Origin: Eledone cirrhosa
Lineage: Eukaryota
Assembly: GCA_964016885.1 (NCBI GenBank)
Contig: OZ024745.1
Coordinates: forward strand, 48,608,001 to 48,672,000
Length of the DNA stretch: 64,000 nucleotides
Direction: 5' to 3'
In this document: positions 51,955 through 64,000 of the stretch, piece by piece
Numbering within the stretch: the stretch's first letter is position 1
Layout: each line of letters begins with the position of its first letter
Translations under genes and position numbers: made by a program
The notes under the pieces: model-generated
What the model was told of the DNA's origin: nothing
What the model saw: the letters and a program-made list of their open reading frames with translations, nothing else
The model's database searches: none

Positions 51955-52163
51955 CCAGCTTGAAATGTAATAAGGTGACATCATTAATGTTAATAACAGA
52001 TTTGTTGCAGCATTGTTTTCATTGGTGACATCTTCCTCTTCATCATCATTACCCTTACCATCATTGTCAACACCATCATCATCAACACCCTTACCATCAT
52101 TGTCAACACCATCATCATCAACACCCTTACCATCATTGTCAACATCATCATCATCATCATCAT
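51700..52163. repeat. Compound trinucleotide microsatellite region ((GGT)n, (GAT)n, 39-bp CAT-rich repeat)
   Basis: Visible directly; source of the poly-His and poly-Met ORFs. Confidence 0.9.
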
Positions 52164-53043
52164 CTGTGAAATTATTTTACTGGGTCTATTATGATGTATT
52201 CTCTTTATTTTATTATATTTGATTTCAACTTGTAACATTCTCTGTTCATACACTTCCGTCAAGATCTCAATCTAGAAGTGAATAGCTGGAATATTTTTCT
52301 ATGAGCTTTATCTTCTCCAAATAACACTTTGTCAATGAATAGAAGTAGAAACATATGTAAATTTCCCTTTTTTCCTCCAACAACCACCAAAATATAATCT
52401 ATGAATGACAGCTTGTTCCAATTCACATGCTATTGTTCAACCATTTCATAGTCAACAAACAGACTAAGTTCCTTTACTTTTGATATTTATTATCTTATTT
52501 TTAGAGCAAACCAAAACATCTATTCTACCACCTCTCCAAAAAGTGTAAAAAGATAGATGAAATTATCAGACATAAAACAAAAACATCCCAGCCACAAAAC
52601 AGAAATTAACATACCATAACTTATGTGAATGTTGTTATTTTCGTTCGTTCCTCAATCAAAGACACCAGACAGTCTACCCTTCTTAAAATAGTCTCCAAAA
52701 ATCTTCCCACATATACAAGGAAGAAAAATAATTCAAGTGACCAATAAAAATAACTTTTTTGTTTACAAGGGGACAACTGAACATTCACTATTCCTTGAGC
52801 CCAACTTATCTTACTTCTAATTATGTTTATTGTTTTAAATATATGGATTGTTTTACGGTCCTTATTTGTTATTATACTTCAAAATGTGGGAAAAGTGTAA
52901 AAATTATAATTCGAAAAAAGAAATTATTTTCACTAATTATTAAATCCCCACCACAGTTTGAAAAAGATGAGTAAATAAAATTGATATATAAATATTACAA
53001 AATCAAAGACACCAAATTGGCAGTCATTAGAAGATCGGATTAA

Positions 53044-53261
53044 CCCTTTAGCATTTACATTACTCTATATTCCCTATTGTATATTTGCAGTAAAGGCTTT
53101 ATCTCACATAATTATCTCACATAATATCGACAAATGAGATATTGATATCGTTTAATTTGAGAACAATACTTAATGTTGGATGAGCAACCGATAATGGGCA
53201 GTTTGAACAGAAAGAGATGAGAGAATTCTGACTGGATATGGCTGGTTTAAATGCTAAAGGG
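53044..53261. mobile_element. piggyBac-type MITE
   Basis: TTAA on both sides; perfect 14-bp TIR CCCTTTAGCATTTA. Confidence 0.88.
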
Positions 53262-53679
53262 TTAAATGCTCAAGGAGGTGGTCCAACCAAGGCAACACTT
53301 TTATGGGATGGCACTTTAAGAAGGAGTCACTGTGCAATATGTTGTATTGTTTTTTTGTTTTTGGAAGAGAAAAGGTGGGGGGCAAATTCAAGAGGTGCCG
53401 TAGGTGGTACACACTCTAGCTATACTACAAACCTTACCAGTGGGGACAGATAGGGATAAAATCGGTTGTTGAGGCTTCATTCAACAGTGGGTAGTAAAAA
53501 ATATACCAAATCATTAAAGGCTCACTTCAAGTTTTGGTTAACCATGGAAAAGTGAAGTAGAAAATGAAATCATATTTAACACAATATATGAAATAAATAT
53601 TAGTATGTATAAACATATATAGCCTGTATTCAATACATGTGTGGAAGTGACGTCCGAACAAGTATCTTCCAGCACCAAC

Positions 53680-54060
53680 TAACTTACCCTCTGCCTATGG
53701 GTCCTGGCTGACAGGAAGTATGATGCATTGCTCCCCGGGGACAGCTGAAACAGCCACTTCACCTCTTGGAGCTTCAACCTGCAGGTGGCCAACTCCATTC
53801 CAATAGCAGTGTGTAGGGATATGATCCAGAGGACAAGAACATCAGAAGTCTCCACTGCTACAGGCTCTACCCCAAACCTATCCAAGAGCAGCTGATACTT
53901 GGACAGTTTTCCCCCTTTGGCTTGGCAAGCAGCAGAGCCTGGGCTGGTGACTGAATGCAGCAGAGCCTGGGCTGGTGACTGAATGCAGCAGAGCCTGGGC
54001 TGGTGACTGAATGCACCAGGTTGCCACTTGAGTAGGTGTCACAGCATGTAGCATCTCAGA
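53680..54060 (-). mobile_element. Second, more degraded CRE-like RLE fragment containing a 3 x 28-bp tandem duplication (53929-54015)
   Basis: Minus strand RFGVEPVAVETSDVL; homologous to 24750-25060; unit GCAGCAGAGCCTGGGCTGGTGACTGAAT. Confidence 0.72.
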
Positions 54061-54127
54061 TAAGTTTACACAGTCATAAATTAATTAAATAATTTAATTT
54101 AAATCCTTGTTAAACCTTATTATTTTA

Positions 54128-54198
<71 letters not shown>

Positions 54199-54509
54199 GT
54201 AAGTAAGTAAGTAAAATTAGTTTGATTAAAATAACAGGAGGCTGGATTGGTGTTCCTTTAAAGTTTTATTGCTGCAAAAACACTATATATATTTCAATGG
54301 CCTGGTTATGTAAGATCTGGCGACAACATCAGGTGCGTATTGCATACTTAGTTAATCAATAAAGGAATTGAGGCAAACACAAACAGAGAAAATATTTGAT
54401 TCGGAGATGGCCTGTGAAATAGGTGTTATCTCCAAATAGTCTGGTATAATTAATTGAATGAGCCTAAATACATTACTGAAATTTTATTGTACTTATCATA
54501 GGAATATCA

Positions 54510-54720
54510 ATTACTAGCATTGGCACAAGGACAGCAATTTGGAGGAAGGGCAAAGTTGATTATATTAACCCCAATACTTGACTGGTATTTATTTTATCAA
54601 CCCCAGGATGATGAAAGGCAAAGTTGATCTTGGTAGGATTTGAACCTAGAGTGTAAAAAGCCAGTACAAATACTACAAAGCATTTGTCCGGTGCTCAACT
54701 GACTCTGCCAATTCGCCACC
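54510..54720 (-). mobile_element. Older diverged SINE
   Basis: GGCACAAGG...GATGAAAGGCAAAG...GGATTTGAACC...CTGCCAATTCGCC. Confidence 0.7.
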
Positions 54721-57700
54721 ATTTTTATCATATGAATATCAAATGCAAAGTCTAAAATGGCATTATTTGAATTCATCACTGTGAACGACATATTTTTAAA
54801 TGGTTTAGTCAGATGAGGAAGGACAATGTGCAAGACCTTTTTGCCTTTCTAGGAATGGCAAGAAGAAAGGAGGAATTTCTCCTCAAACAGGTTACCTTTC
54901 TTGAATCTTTGCAACAAAATAAACTTCATTAAAGGTACCTTAGGCAAGACAGTGATATTAGCATCAAACAATTGCTCTGGCCATTGCTATTTCATTATCA
55001 TGTGTGTGGGAGTGTTTATGTTTGTGTGTGTATGTGTATCCATGTTTGTATTTGTGAGTGTTTAGATTAGTAACATTATGTAATTTGATTTATGATAAAG
55101 TATTCAAGTTTTTCATATCATGTGAAGTTAATAAAAGTTGCGAAAATATATTATTCCCTGAATGTTATCAGCCTTTATTACCAGCTGAAAGAGCAATTAT
55201 ACATTATTATTTCATAGCTATTATCACATAGAAGTTATTAGCTACAACTGTAAAGATAAATGATATAAGTGTGTACTTGGGCTGGCTACATTACTCCACT
55301 TATCTTAATCTACTGAACAGAAGAAAAAGAAACCCATGTGGAATAGAACAATTGGCACAAGGGAAAACATTGAACCATAAAAACATCTACCCCAGGAAAA
55401 AAAGCCTATGTCAAACTGGGGAATTAAGTCAGCCAAACTGTGAATGTAGTTGCTATTTTTTTTTTCAACTTCCTAATGTTTAAAGTAATAGGACTATATT
55501 CTCTAAATTCTAACCCTTAGAGGAAAATGCCTAACACACAGGAAGTAGTTTTAACTATTTTTTTAACCAAACCCAGCATGCCAAACTTAAAGGCAGAACA
55601 ATAACTTAGTTGATGAGTATTCATTATGACTATATGAGCAACAGATTGTTCGACAGCTTAAAGTTCTAAGTTTAGAACTTACCACAATCAAATTAGCATT
55701 TTACCCCATAGAATGAATTATATTAATACACTATAGTTTGTGATATATATATTGTTGAAACTTGGACCATCCCAGATGTTGAATGTGTGGGTTATGTCAA
55801 AGTATTCATTAGCTACTTCTATACCTTAAGTGTATTCACTTACAGCATGAGTTCTCAACTTTTAACCTTACTTTCCCAGTAAATTTACTCCCACCTTTTT
55901 ATTCACTAATTTTAGTTTATATTTCTTTCATAATACAGCAACCAACGAAAAGAAAAACTTTTAATATTCTGTTTTTAACATTATTATTTTAGGTTCAAAT
56001 TACCACAAAAGCACAAAACAACATTATTTCACTTACTTATGAACAACTAATGATGATAGATACCAGTACTAGGACCAAATACAGTCAATCAATGTGAACA
56101 CATCGATTGATTAGACTAATCGATTGATTAGACTAATCAATGTGAACACATCGATTAATTAGACTAATACAGATTAACAAGTTCAAAATGGCAGAAAGAA
56201 AACTAATTAGTATTTTAATGAACAAAATAGACATACTTTCTCCAGCAGCCATCTGGTGAATTCAGTGACAGACCCAGATTTTGTTGCCAAACTAGCTGAA
56301 GATCACAAGCTGTCGGAGTATCAGGGAAGGAATAGGGAGCTTTAATCTTTCATCAACTGGTTACCATGTACTGTTACCTTTGGTCACTACATACACACTT
56401 CAGATATTTTAAAATTATAGTTGAAAAAATATATGCAAATCCAAAATCAGAAAATTTACAAATCTATCAACAGGTGATAAATTTACCTCAAGTTGAAAAC
56501 CTCTGACATAGGTAACAGGAACTATCTGACAAACAAAACATACACTGTTACTCTCTATATACACGGCTATCTCCTCAACTGTTTTCACTATTTAGTTATT
56601 TCTCCAAATTCACAGCCACCAAATATATTATTTGCTTACTGAAAACAAAGTAACTTGTCACATCGACAATTCTAACTAGCATCCTAAAACTATAATTATC
56701 ACATTTTCACAGATTAATATATTATTTGTTTTTTCTCAAACATGGATACCATTGTGTACAATATCCAGTCAACACTCTCGTTTCTATTTCTCTCATCATT
56801 CATCTCCCTGCCCACACCAACCACTTTCTCCAATATTTCCTTTTCTGAGCATCAACTCTCTACTATTTTCTCCCAGCCTACAATTTTTCCTGTATGTTGA
56901 TTTATATATGTTCAAACCACATTGATATCAATAGTCTCAGAAAAGTCTCAAAATTTACAGGCTCTGTCCTTTCCTACTGACTAAACTATAGGAAAAAGAA
57001 TTATAAAACTTTTTTTATTGTTCATTAAAAAAACATTTTTTTTTAAATTAAAAAACTAAGAATATAAAATTAATTGTGTTTAGTTAAATTATAAAATTTG
57101 GAAAAATATTTAAAAGAATATTTATTTAATAAAAAAAAAATTGTAGTACTACTGATGGAGGGTCATACTGCCAATCATATTCCTCAGGTAAGAAGTCAGG
57201 AAAAACATACAGAAAACATGGAAGAGGCACTATGAGTAAATAAAGTTACAGGCAATGATGAATTAACTTTGATGAACCAATGAATTAAATAGTTTAACAA
57301 TCAACTGATGGATGAATTAAATAGCTGATTGATTTATAAAACAGTAGACGTCCATTTTATACATTTCAAATTTTCGAAATATATTAACAATATCATAATG
57401 ACATGTATCCCAGCACAACCAGCTTCATGGTCGAGTGGTCGGTGACTAAACTGGCTTCCCCACCAGACTCTGGTCTGGTGGGGAGAATAAGTAGCACCCC
57501 AACAGTACAAAAAACAAGAACTGTTAAAAGGGTGGATGAACTCACAATTGGCCAAGTATGGTGAGTATGGCTACACCCCTGACATGACCCAAACCTGACA
57601 GAATGCAGTGGAGGTCAACCAGGGAGAGGTTCCTCCAACAGGAATGAGAAGGCTCTGGATCGGATTGGAATGACAAAAAGGAAAATAAAAACAGTGAAGG

Positions 57701-58164
57701 AAATGGTGAGGGGGAAACCTCTACCCCTTTACTGGATGGAATATCTCAGATGGGCTCTATAGACATATTGAGAAAAACATCTTATGGAGTTCCTCAGGCA
57801 TGATACCCTTGTCTCAATTGAGAAGAATCAAACAGCAGTGAGGGACCTGAGGATATAAGAGGTCTCAATGGTGACTGGTACAAAAAGGAAGTGAAAGGCT
57901 GAGGTAAAATACAACTAGTGTATGTGGTTTTGATTGTCAATATGAACCTTCCAATCTACAACCATATTTGTTTGAACAGGATTTTATACAAAAACTGTTG
58001 GCTACACCATGTAATTTGATATTTCCCTAATATATTTGGACTAATATCTCATGTAAATAAACATTTGCAGGAAATCATCTACTGAAACTTAAAACAGGTA
58101 GGTAATTCCCCAAAAGATGTGCTATTCATGTTATATTTTATAAAACAAATTTTATATTCCCTAG

Positions 58165-58349
58165 GAATTGAAACAAACTTGTACATCAAAGCCAGCAACA
58201 TCACACATCCTGGTCAATTAGAAAAGGTAGAATTTCTTAACCTAAAAGGTTTTGCCATTGGAAGCTATGCTCCTTATCAGAATTCAAGTTATACAAACAT
58301 TTACCAAGTTGATAATGTCATGCCACCTACAGAATATTTCTATATACAG
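58165..58349 (+). CDS. HMCN1: Hemicentin internal exon, 185 bp, phase 1-0
   Basis: Acceptor ttatattccctAG, donor GTcagt. Translates (G)IETNLYIKASNITHPGQLEKVEFLNLKGFAIGSYAPYQNSSYTNIYQVDNVMPPTEYFYIQ. Phase-compatible; aligns to the next hemicentin segment (GI.T...PP.E.F...). Confidence 0.85.
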
Positions 58350-58357
58350 GTCAGTAA

Positions 58358-58462
<105 letters not shown>

Positions 58463-60198
58463 AGTTGAAAATATAATTGGAGTCTTCCAGAAGATTTGAT
58501 AGTAACTTTACCGGTTTCATGTTTTAATGATTTTCAAAAGTTAAATGCGATAGAGAGATATGTGGCTATGTGTCTCATATCTGATGATGTAAGAAATTTC
58601 TTTCCATTTCATGCAAAAAAACTAAGCAGCCCAGATTGCAATCTGTTTAAACAACAATTGGATTGATTGTGGAAGATCATGTGATTAGGTATAGAATTGT
58701 GTAATTTTTTGTGCCAAAAACTGATGATCACTTAAGTGATTAGATATAGAATTTTACTTGTAGATTTTACACCAAAAATTGAGATTTACACCAAAAATTG
58801 AGATAATCAACTCACAAACACACAAATTCTTTCAAAATATTGGAAGTAGTAGAAGTAACACATTTTTCAGGATATATGTATAAAATGCACTCCTATTTAG
58901 AAGAAAACAGTTTGGGGAAAGAATTAGTAATATTTGAAGGATTTTATTGAAGAAAAAAAACTGGTATTAAAGAAAGAATATTGTCCCAGATACAAAGGAG
59001 CTAAATCATAAAAATAAAAATATTCTTAGCCCACAAAAAAGTTTATTTAGTTAACTACAAAATCTTTGTTGTTTTTGTTATTGCCTGGAAAGGAATCTGA
59101 AATTAGCTTCTTGCTGCTCTTTCATTTTCAAAGAGAATATCATCCACAATACCATTCATTGTGTTACTGATGCCACATTTTAAAAATGCTTTTATCGTTT
59201 TATCACGAATTCTTCACCCACGTGCACACCTGAGCAAACATCAGATTTTTCCTGCACCTTTAGGCGGTCGTAGTAAAGTCTACAGTATCTAGTTGTTCTG
59301 TTCTTCTCTCATAAAAGTTTCAAAGGGCTTATTAATAGAAACATTAAGATATTGCTATTGACTTTTTATACCGCCATGTATGACAGCTTATTGTATCTTT
59401 AGTTCATCAACGTTTTCCTTTATTGTTTTTTTTCTGCCTCGTAAGCACTAGAGGGTTTCATGACAAGTAGAGAAACTATTTTTTCAAACCAAAGTTGTAT
59501 TTCATATTTTCCTCTATCTATCCTTTATCATAAACGTAAACACCTTTGGGGGAATTTTCTATTTTTTCTATCTGTACATGATAATATTACTGCATAATGC
59601 ACTTTTTCGTATTCATTAGTCATAGCAATAATAGTTTTTGTACCTTTTATATCAATAATGTTATTGCTTGGAACATCAAAGGTTAAACGTGTTTCAGCTA
59701 TGTTCGCTATTTAAGACACTTCTTTAATCCTATAATATACTTCAGAAAAGCACTGGACATTCTTTAAACAATTTTGTTTTATTTCTTATTACCAGGCTTT
59801 TGTGTTTCATGAAGCGATAGTACTATGTATTACCTGTAAAATATTTCAAATTATCACCGGCAATTTTCTTTACTTTAAAAATGATTATATTTGTAGAAAC
59901 AGAAATCTCTCCCCTTCTCTCATCTCCAACTCAATCATCAAAATTTATTTTTACGATTTTGCCATTTTGCTTCTTTCTTTTTTCTTCAGAAATTCCGTTT
60001 TCAATTACCATTTTTAATTTTTCTTCTTGGTTCAGCCAAGAATAAATTATCTCCAATTAGTAGAGGGCCAAAATAACTTCCAGCTGCTCTATTTCCAGGA
60101 TATTTTGTATAATTCATCACATTCAATTTGAATGAGACGGAATATGATGAAAAACGAAGAAAAACATAGTACCTCGCTTCTTTTATTTACGTAGATAT

Positions 60199-60387
60199 AA
60201 CTGTTTCTACTTTTGGCACAAGGCCAGCAATTACCCAGTGCATTACTGGTACTTTATTTTATCGACCCCGTAAGGATGAAAGGCAAAGTTAACCTCGGCG
60301 GGATTTGAACTCAGTTCATAAAGGGACGTAACTCCATGCTTCAAAGCATGGTGTCCGACTATCTACCGATACTGCCAATCCACCGCA
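60199..60387 (-). mobile_element. tRNA-derived SINE
   Basis: Reverse complement of the family sequence. Confidence 0.88.
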
Positions 60388-60699
60388 ACGTCAGTTATTT
60401 TGAGTCGCATTGAAAAGCGATTATCGTACATTTACAAATACTTGCACCTATATCTCTTCCTATAATTTGATCGTATTTTTTAATTTTTGCGAATTAAGGA
60501 GTAATGTAAATAATCATGTATTTAGAAGAAAAATATCAATATTGGTATGGGTTAGATATTAAAAAACTATGAATACCTATTTAAGCATACAGCTATACTT
60601 ATACATGGCTTGTGTATATTATACATATACTTAACACACTGCAGTCGAATTGATCGACCCCGCCCCCGAAGTTGTTGGCCTTGTGCCTAAATCAGAAAC

Positions 60700-62272
60700 T
60701 CAGATAAGGACCCAATACAATTTTAAAGACATTACGCCAACAAAATTATTTTTTTAATGGAAGCAACCCCGCCCTCCACTCTCGAAAAAGAGTTTCAAAA
60801 TATTTTGCCTGTGCAAATATCAAAACAGCGACAACAATAACGACACCGCAACTACAGAAACAACCAACAAAGCTGCCAACAACAAAAATGAAAAAGCAAC
60901 TAGCCAAGCAATTAGCCAACCAACAAGCTAGTTAAGTACTGGGTTAACCAGCCAGCCATCAACGACGTGGCTTCGAGGAAAACGGAAGCCGTGACCAATA
61001 ACATAAAAAGCACACCCACTTATTTCGCAGTGGTAGCCAAACAAAGTTGAAAAAATAATTATCCAAGAACAATGAAAAGAGGCAAGGAAGATTGTAGAAA
61101 AGAGAAGTTACAGGGTGAGCCTCAAACCAGCTTCGTTATACGGTAACATACAACATGCTTAAATCACGCCGGATGGAGTTAGACAAAGCCCAAATGCAAA
61201 AAGCTTTGGCTGATATGTGGGCCCGCAAAACACATCACTCGAGGCAAATGATTTGGTCGGTAGATGTTTTATTTGCCACCCACCTGGAAACAAAATCTCA
61301 CTCGCTAGTTCCTCCTAGAATTGACGAACTCACACTCATGCCGTCCTACTATCAAGCTAAAGTGTTGAGTCAAATGCCAACGCACACCCACCACCACTAC
61401 GTACACAAATAACAGCAACAACACCAACCCCACCGCCACAACCAGCATCAACACCGCAATAGACAAAAACAGCAACAACAAACGCAAACCCAACAACCTC
61501 CACAGATTACACAGCAATAAACATAAACAGAAAATTAATACAGCACAACACGCAAACATGCGCCATCCTGAACAGATCCATCCATGACAGCCCTCACCTC
61601 ATGCGATACATCATAGAGAAGATGGCTAAGGAACATAACAGGAGTGGGGACCTGGTCAACTTAAATCAATCGAAAGCTTTCGATATGGACGACAATTGCT
61701 ACCTGGCGGCAGTCCTCAAGGCTTCGGATCCGTTTTCAGAGGATGGATCACTGCGACATCTGCTCTGTGGTCGCTCTGTCAAGTTTGTCCCCTCCCATCT
61801 CTTTTGTATGTATATCGCGTTCGTCAGCTACTACCGCTTGACCGTCGTGCTTTGTCCTAGTCCGCGTCTTACTGCACTGAAGCATTTACTCTTTCGCTTT
61901 TTGTGTAAGGGACAGGTTCCACTGGCCAGGCAGTTCATTTGTTGTCAACACCCGCTGCGTGGAGGACAGGTCATGCCGAAGCTGATGATGTGCAAACAGG
62001 TGCTGAGGTTACATTTCCAACATTTCTTTCACGGTGAACAGGTGTGATCGCTGTTCTCTAGGTTGACCGTGGGTTTTTTTGTGGGCGGTGTCCACGTGTG
62101 ATCCTCGGACGCCCCCCTTAGAGTATTTTTTTTTTTATCTTTACATGTTTTCCTTGTTTTTGTTAAACATTTTACACATCAAAACCCACTGCATCATCCT
62201 GTGTGGTCATGTACCTTGCCTACTGTTTTCCTAATATGGGCCCTGCGTGGCTAATAAAGAAATCATTATTAT
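60700..62272 (+). mobile_element. Heavily deleted Tx1/L1-like LINE remnant
   Basis: IHDSPHLMRYII...LVNLNQSKAFD (RT domain 3-like), LFRFLCKGQVPL..R...CQHPLRGG..MP, AATAAA near end; upstream part ORF1-like and low complexity. Boundaries approximate. Confidence 0.6.
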
Positions 62273-63157
62273 GATTGTATTCATCTTTCGGTGTACAGAG
62301 CGCTGGCAGAGTTTGGCATCAAATTGTTGAGTAAAATAAACAAATCTCACACACCAATAAATACATAAAATACATAGTAGGTAGCTTCTGTCACTTAAGT
62401 AACCAATTAGTATTGAATGATTCAGGTACTAAACCATTTACCTGGCAAGCCTGGGCCTGGGGAAGACCTAGATTCCTGGAGCTGCCTGTTTTCTGGATCA
62501 ATGTTTAATTATACACTAAAAAATTATCATATTGAAACTTCAGCACCCCTTGTTGTGGCGTATAATTAAGTGTACGACTCATCTTGCCCCCCCCCCCCCT
62601 TATTCTTTTTGTTGTTTTTCCTCTTATTTTTATATCTTAATATACACCATTTGCTTCTTGAATAAATAATTTTTGTTGTTTTTTTTTCACGACTAAATCA
62701 ACTAATTTTACATAATATATACACTAGGTGTAGCAACCAGGTATTAAAATGATATTTTCATCATTTTCAATGTACTCTCAGGGCTTGAATAATGTACACC
62801 CCCGCCCTATTATTTGGGACCCGAGAATATATAAACAAAAAATGATGAATAAAGATACTAATTTTTCAGTTTCTTTTATTTCATGACCGTCATCATATAT
62901 GTAGCTTATTTAAAGGACATCAATTAGAATGTAAAATATACACTGAAACTCAAGAATGAAACGGTATTTAAAAGATACGATTGAAGACTGTTCTGAAGCT
63001 GACTCTGTTTGATTTTTATTAATCCACTTAAAATTCTAAGTAACTTTATTTTCTTCGCCTTACTGAACGCTAAATGTTCCTTTTACGGTTTTGCGCTAGC
63101 AAGTTACTTTTCTGTTGGTATTTTTTGGCATGGCATTAAATGTAAGCGATGATAAAT

Positions 63158-63346
63158 AATTGTTTCTACTTTAGGCACAAGGCCAGCAATCACCCAGTGC
63201 ATTACTGGTACTTTATTTTATCGACCCAGTAAGGATGAGAGGCAAAGTCAACCTCGGCGGGATTTGAACTCAGATCGTAAAGGGACGTAACTATGCTGGA
63301 AAGCATGGCGTCCGACCCTCTACCGAGACTGCCAATCCACCGCCCT
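63158..63346 (-). mobile_element. tRNA-derived SINE with 18-bp TSD
   Basis: TAAGCGATGATAAATAAT on both sides; full family sequence. Confidence 0.92.
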
Positions 63347-63512
63347 AAGCGATGATAAATAATCTCATGAATATAGAGATAAGCAGGTGTTACACATCTG
63401 GTGTTCGACACATACGCAGTACTGGATGGGCGAAGTAAACTGCGGCCTAGGGTCTTATACTCCAGTGGGGAATGCACCCTTTTTAAATATATCTATATAT
63501 AAACTTTATGAT

Positions 63513-63960
63513 TTACGAAGCGCCGTGAGAATTTGAAATATGAAAATGTAGACGTCGAAAACGCAGAAAATTCATCAGATTGATCAAAGAGAGAATTGAA
63601 GGTATTTCTCGAACGCATATTCTCTGCTTCAGTCTCTTCTCATCTATACCATCAACTAACAAACCTAGCTCCCTCAACTGTTGTAGAGCTTCATCAATCT
63701 CCCTGTTGGAACTAGTCCATGTTAGAAAGGAAAGGATGTTGCCCTCCAAAGGGGAGAAAGCATGGATGGGAGAAAGAAAACCGAAGAAACAGAGACAAGC
63801 ATTTACACAGGCCTAGCCGCTAAAACCGTTTGGAAAAACAGCTTGGTAATGAGACTCTGGAGAGAGTCTAACATTGACCATTCATTCGAGTTTACTGAAG
63901 ATAAGATAGTCATAGCACTGGGCGAGGGAGGAGAGGGGCGAACAACCCCTCCGTGTCAAA
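63513..63960 (-). pseudogene. Possible very degraded I-group LINE RT fragment
   Basis: Minus-strand scraps KLE*MVNVRL and LMNFLRFRRLHFHISNSH resemble 'KLLERMVN.RL' and 'NFL..R...V.I.N..S'. Confidence 0.35.
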
Positions 63961-64000
63961 TTCGCTGAATTTGGCATTGATTAGCCTTCTTTAAGTTCGG

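Noticed and set aside
51613-52262. Poly-His, poly-Met or Gly-rich proteins
   Set aside because: ORFs arise from trinucleotide microsatellites; no splice or domain support.
58720-58750. Hammerhead at CTGATGATCACTTAAGTGAT
   Set aside because: No GAAA after the hairpin and no stem I partner.

Overview
Eukaryotic, AT-rich, microsatellite- and retroposon-dense genomic DNA, most likely from a coleoid cephalopod (Octopus-like; inferred from repeat content, not proven). The window lies inside one large + strand gene: four internal GT-AG exons (34002-34124, 48955-49126, 49936-50160, 58165-58349) splice in frame and encode the end of the N-terminal VWA domain and the following region of a hemicentin (HMCN1/him-4 family). 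No upstream or downstream exon was found, so the rest is probably intronic. The introns hold a 22 x 52-bp tandem array, a ~10.5-kb 22-bp minisatellite with higher-order structure, a 5'-truncated RTE LINE, fragments of CRE, R4/Dong, Tx1/L1 and Penelope retroelements, a mariner pseudogene, several MITE families and many tRNA-derived SINEs. The most unusual signals are: (1) two fold-back palindromes (45096-45435, 35596-35689) that look like retroposon cDNA snapping back and copying itself; (2) minimal Penelope-type hammerhead ribozyme motifs, one apparently intact (7901-7961) and one inside a third palindrome (29232-29391); (3) a 52-bp repeat whose unit carries splice donor, acceptor and branch-like motifs and can form a hairpin; (4) a PHD-like finger inside the RTE reverse transcriptase. 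All coordinates were read by eye; no searches or folding programs were run.
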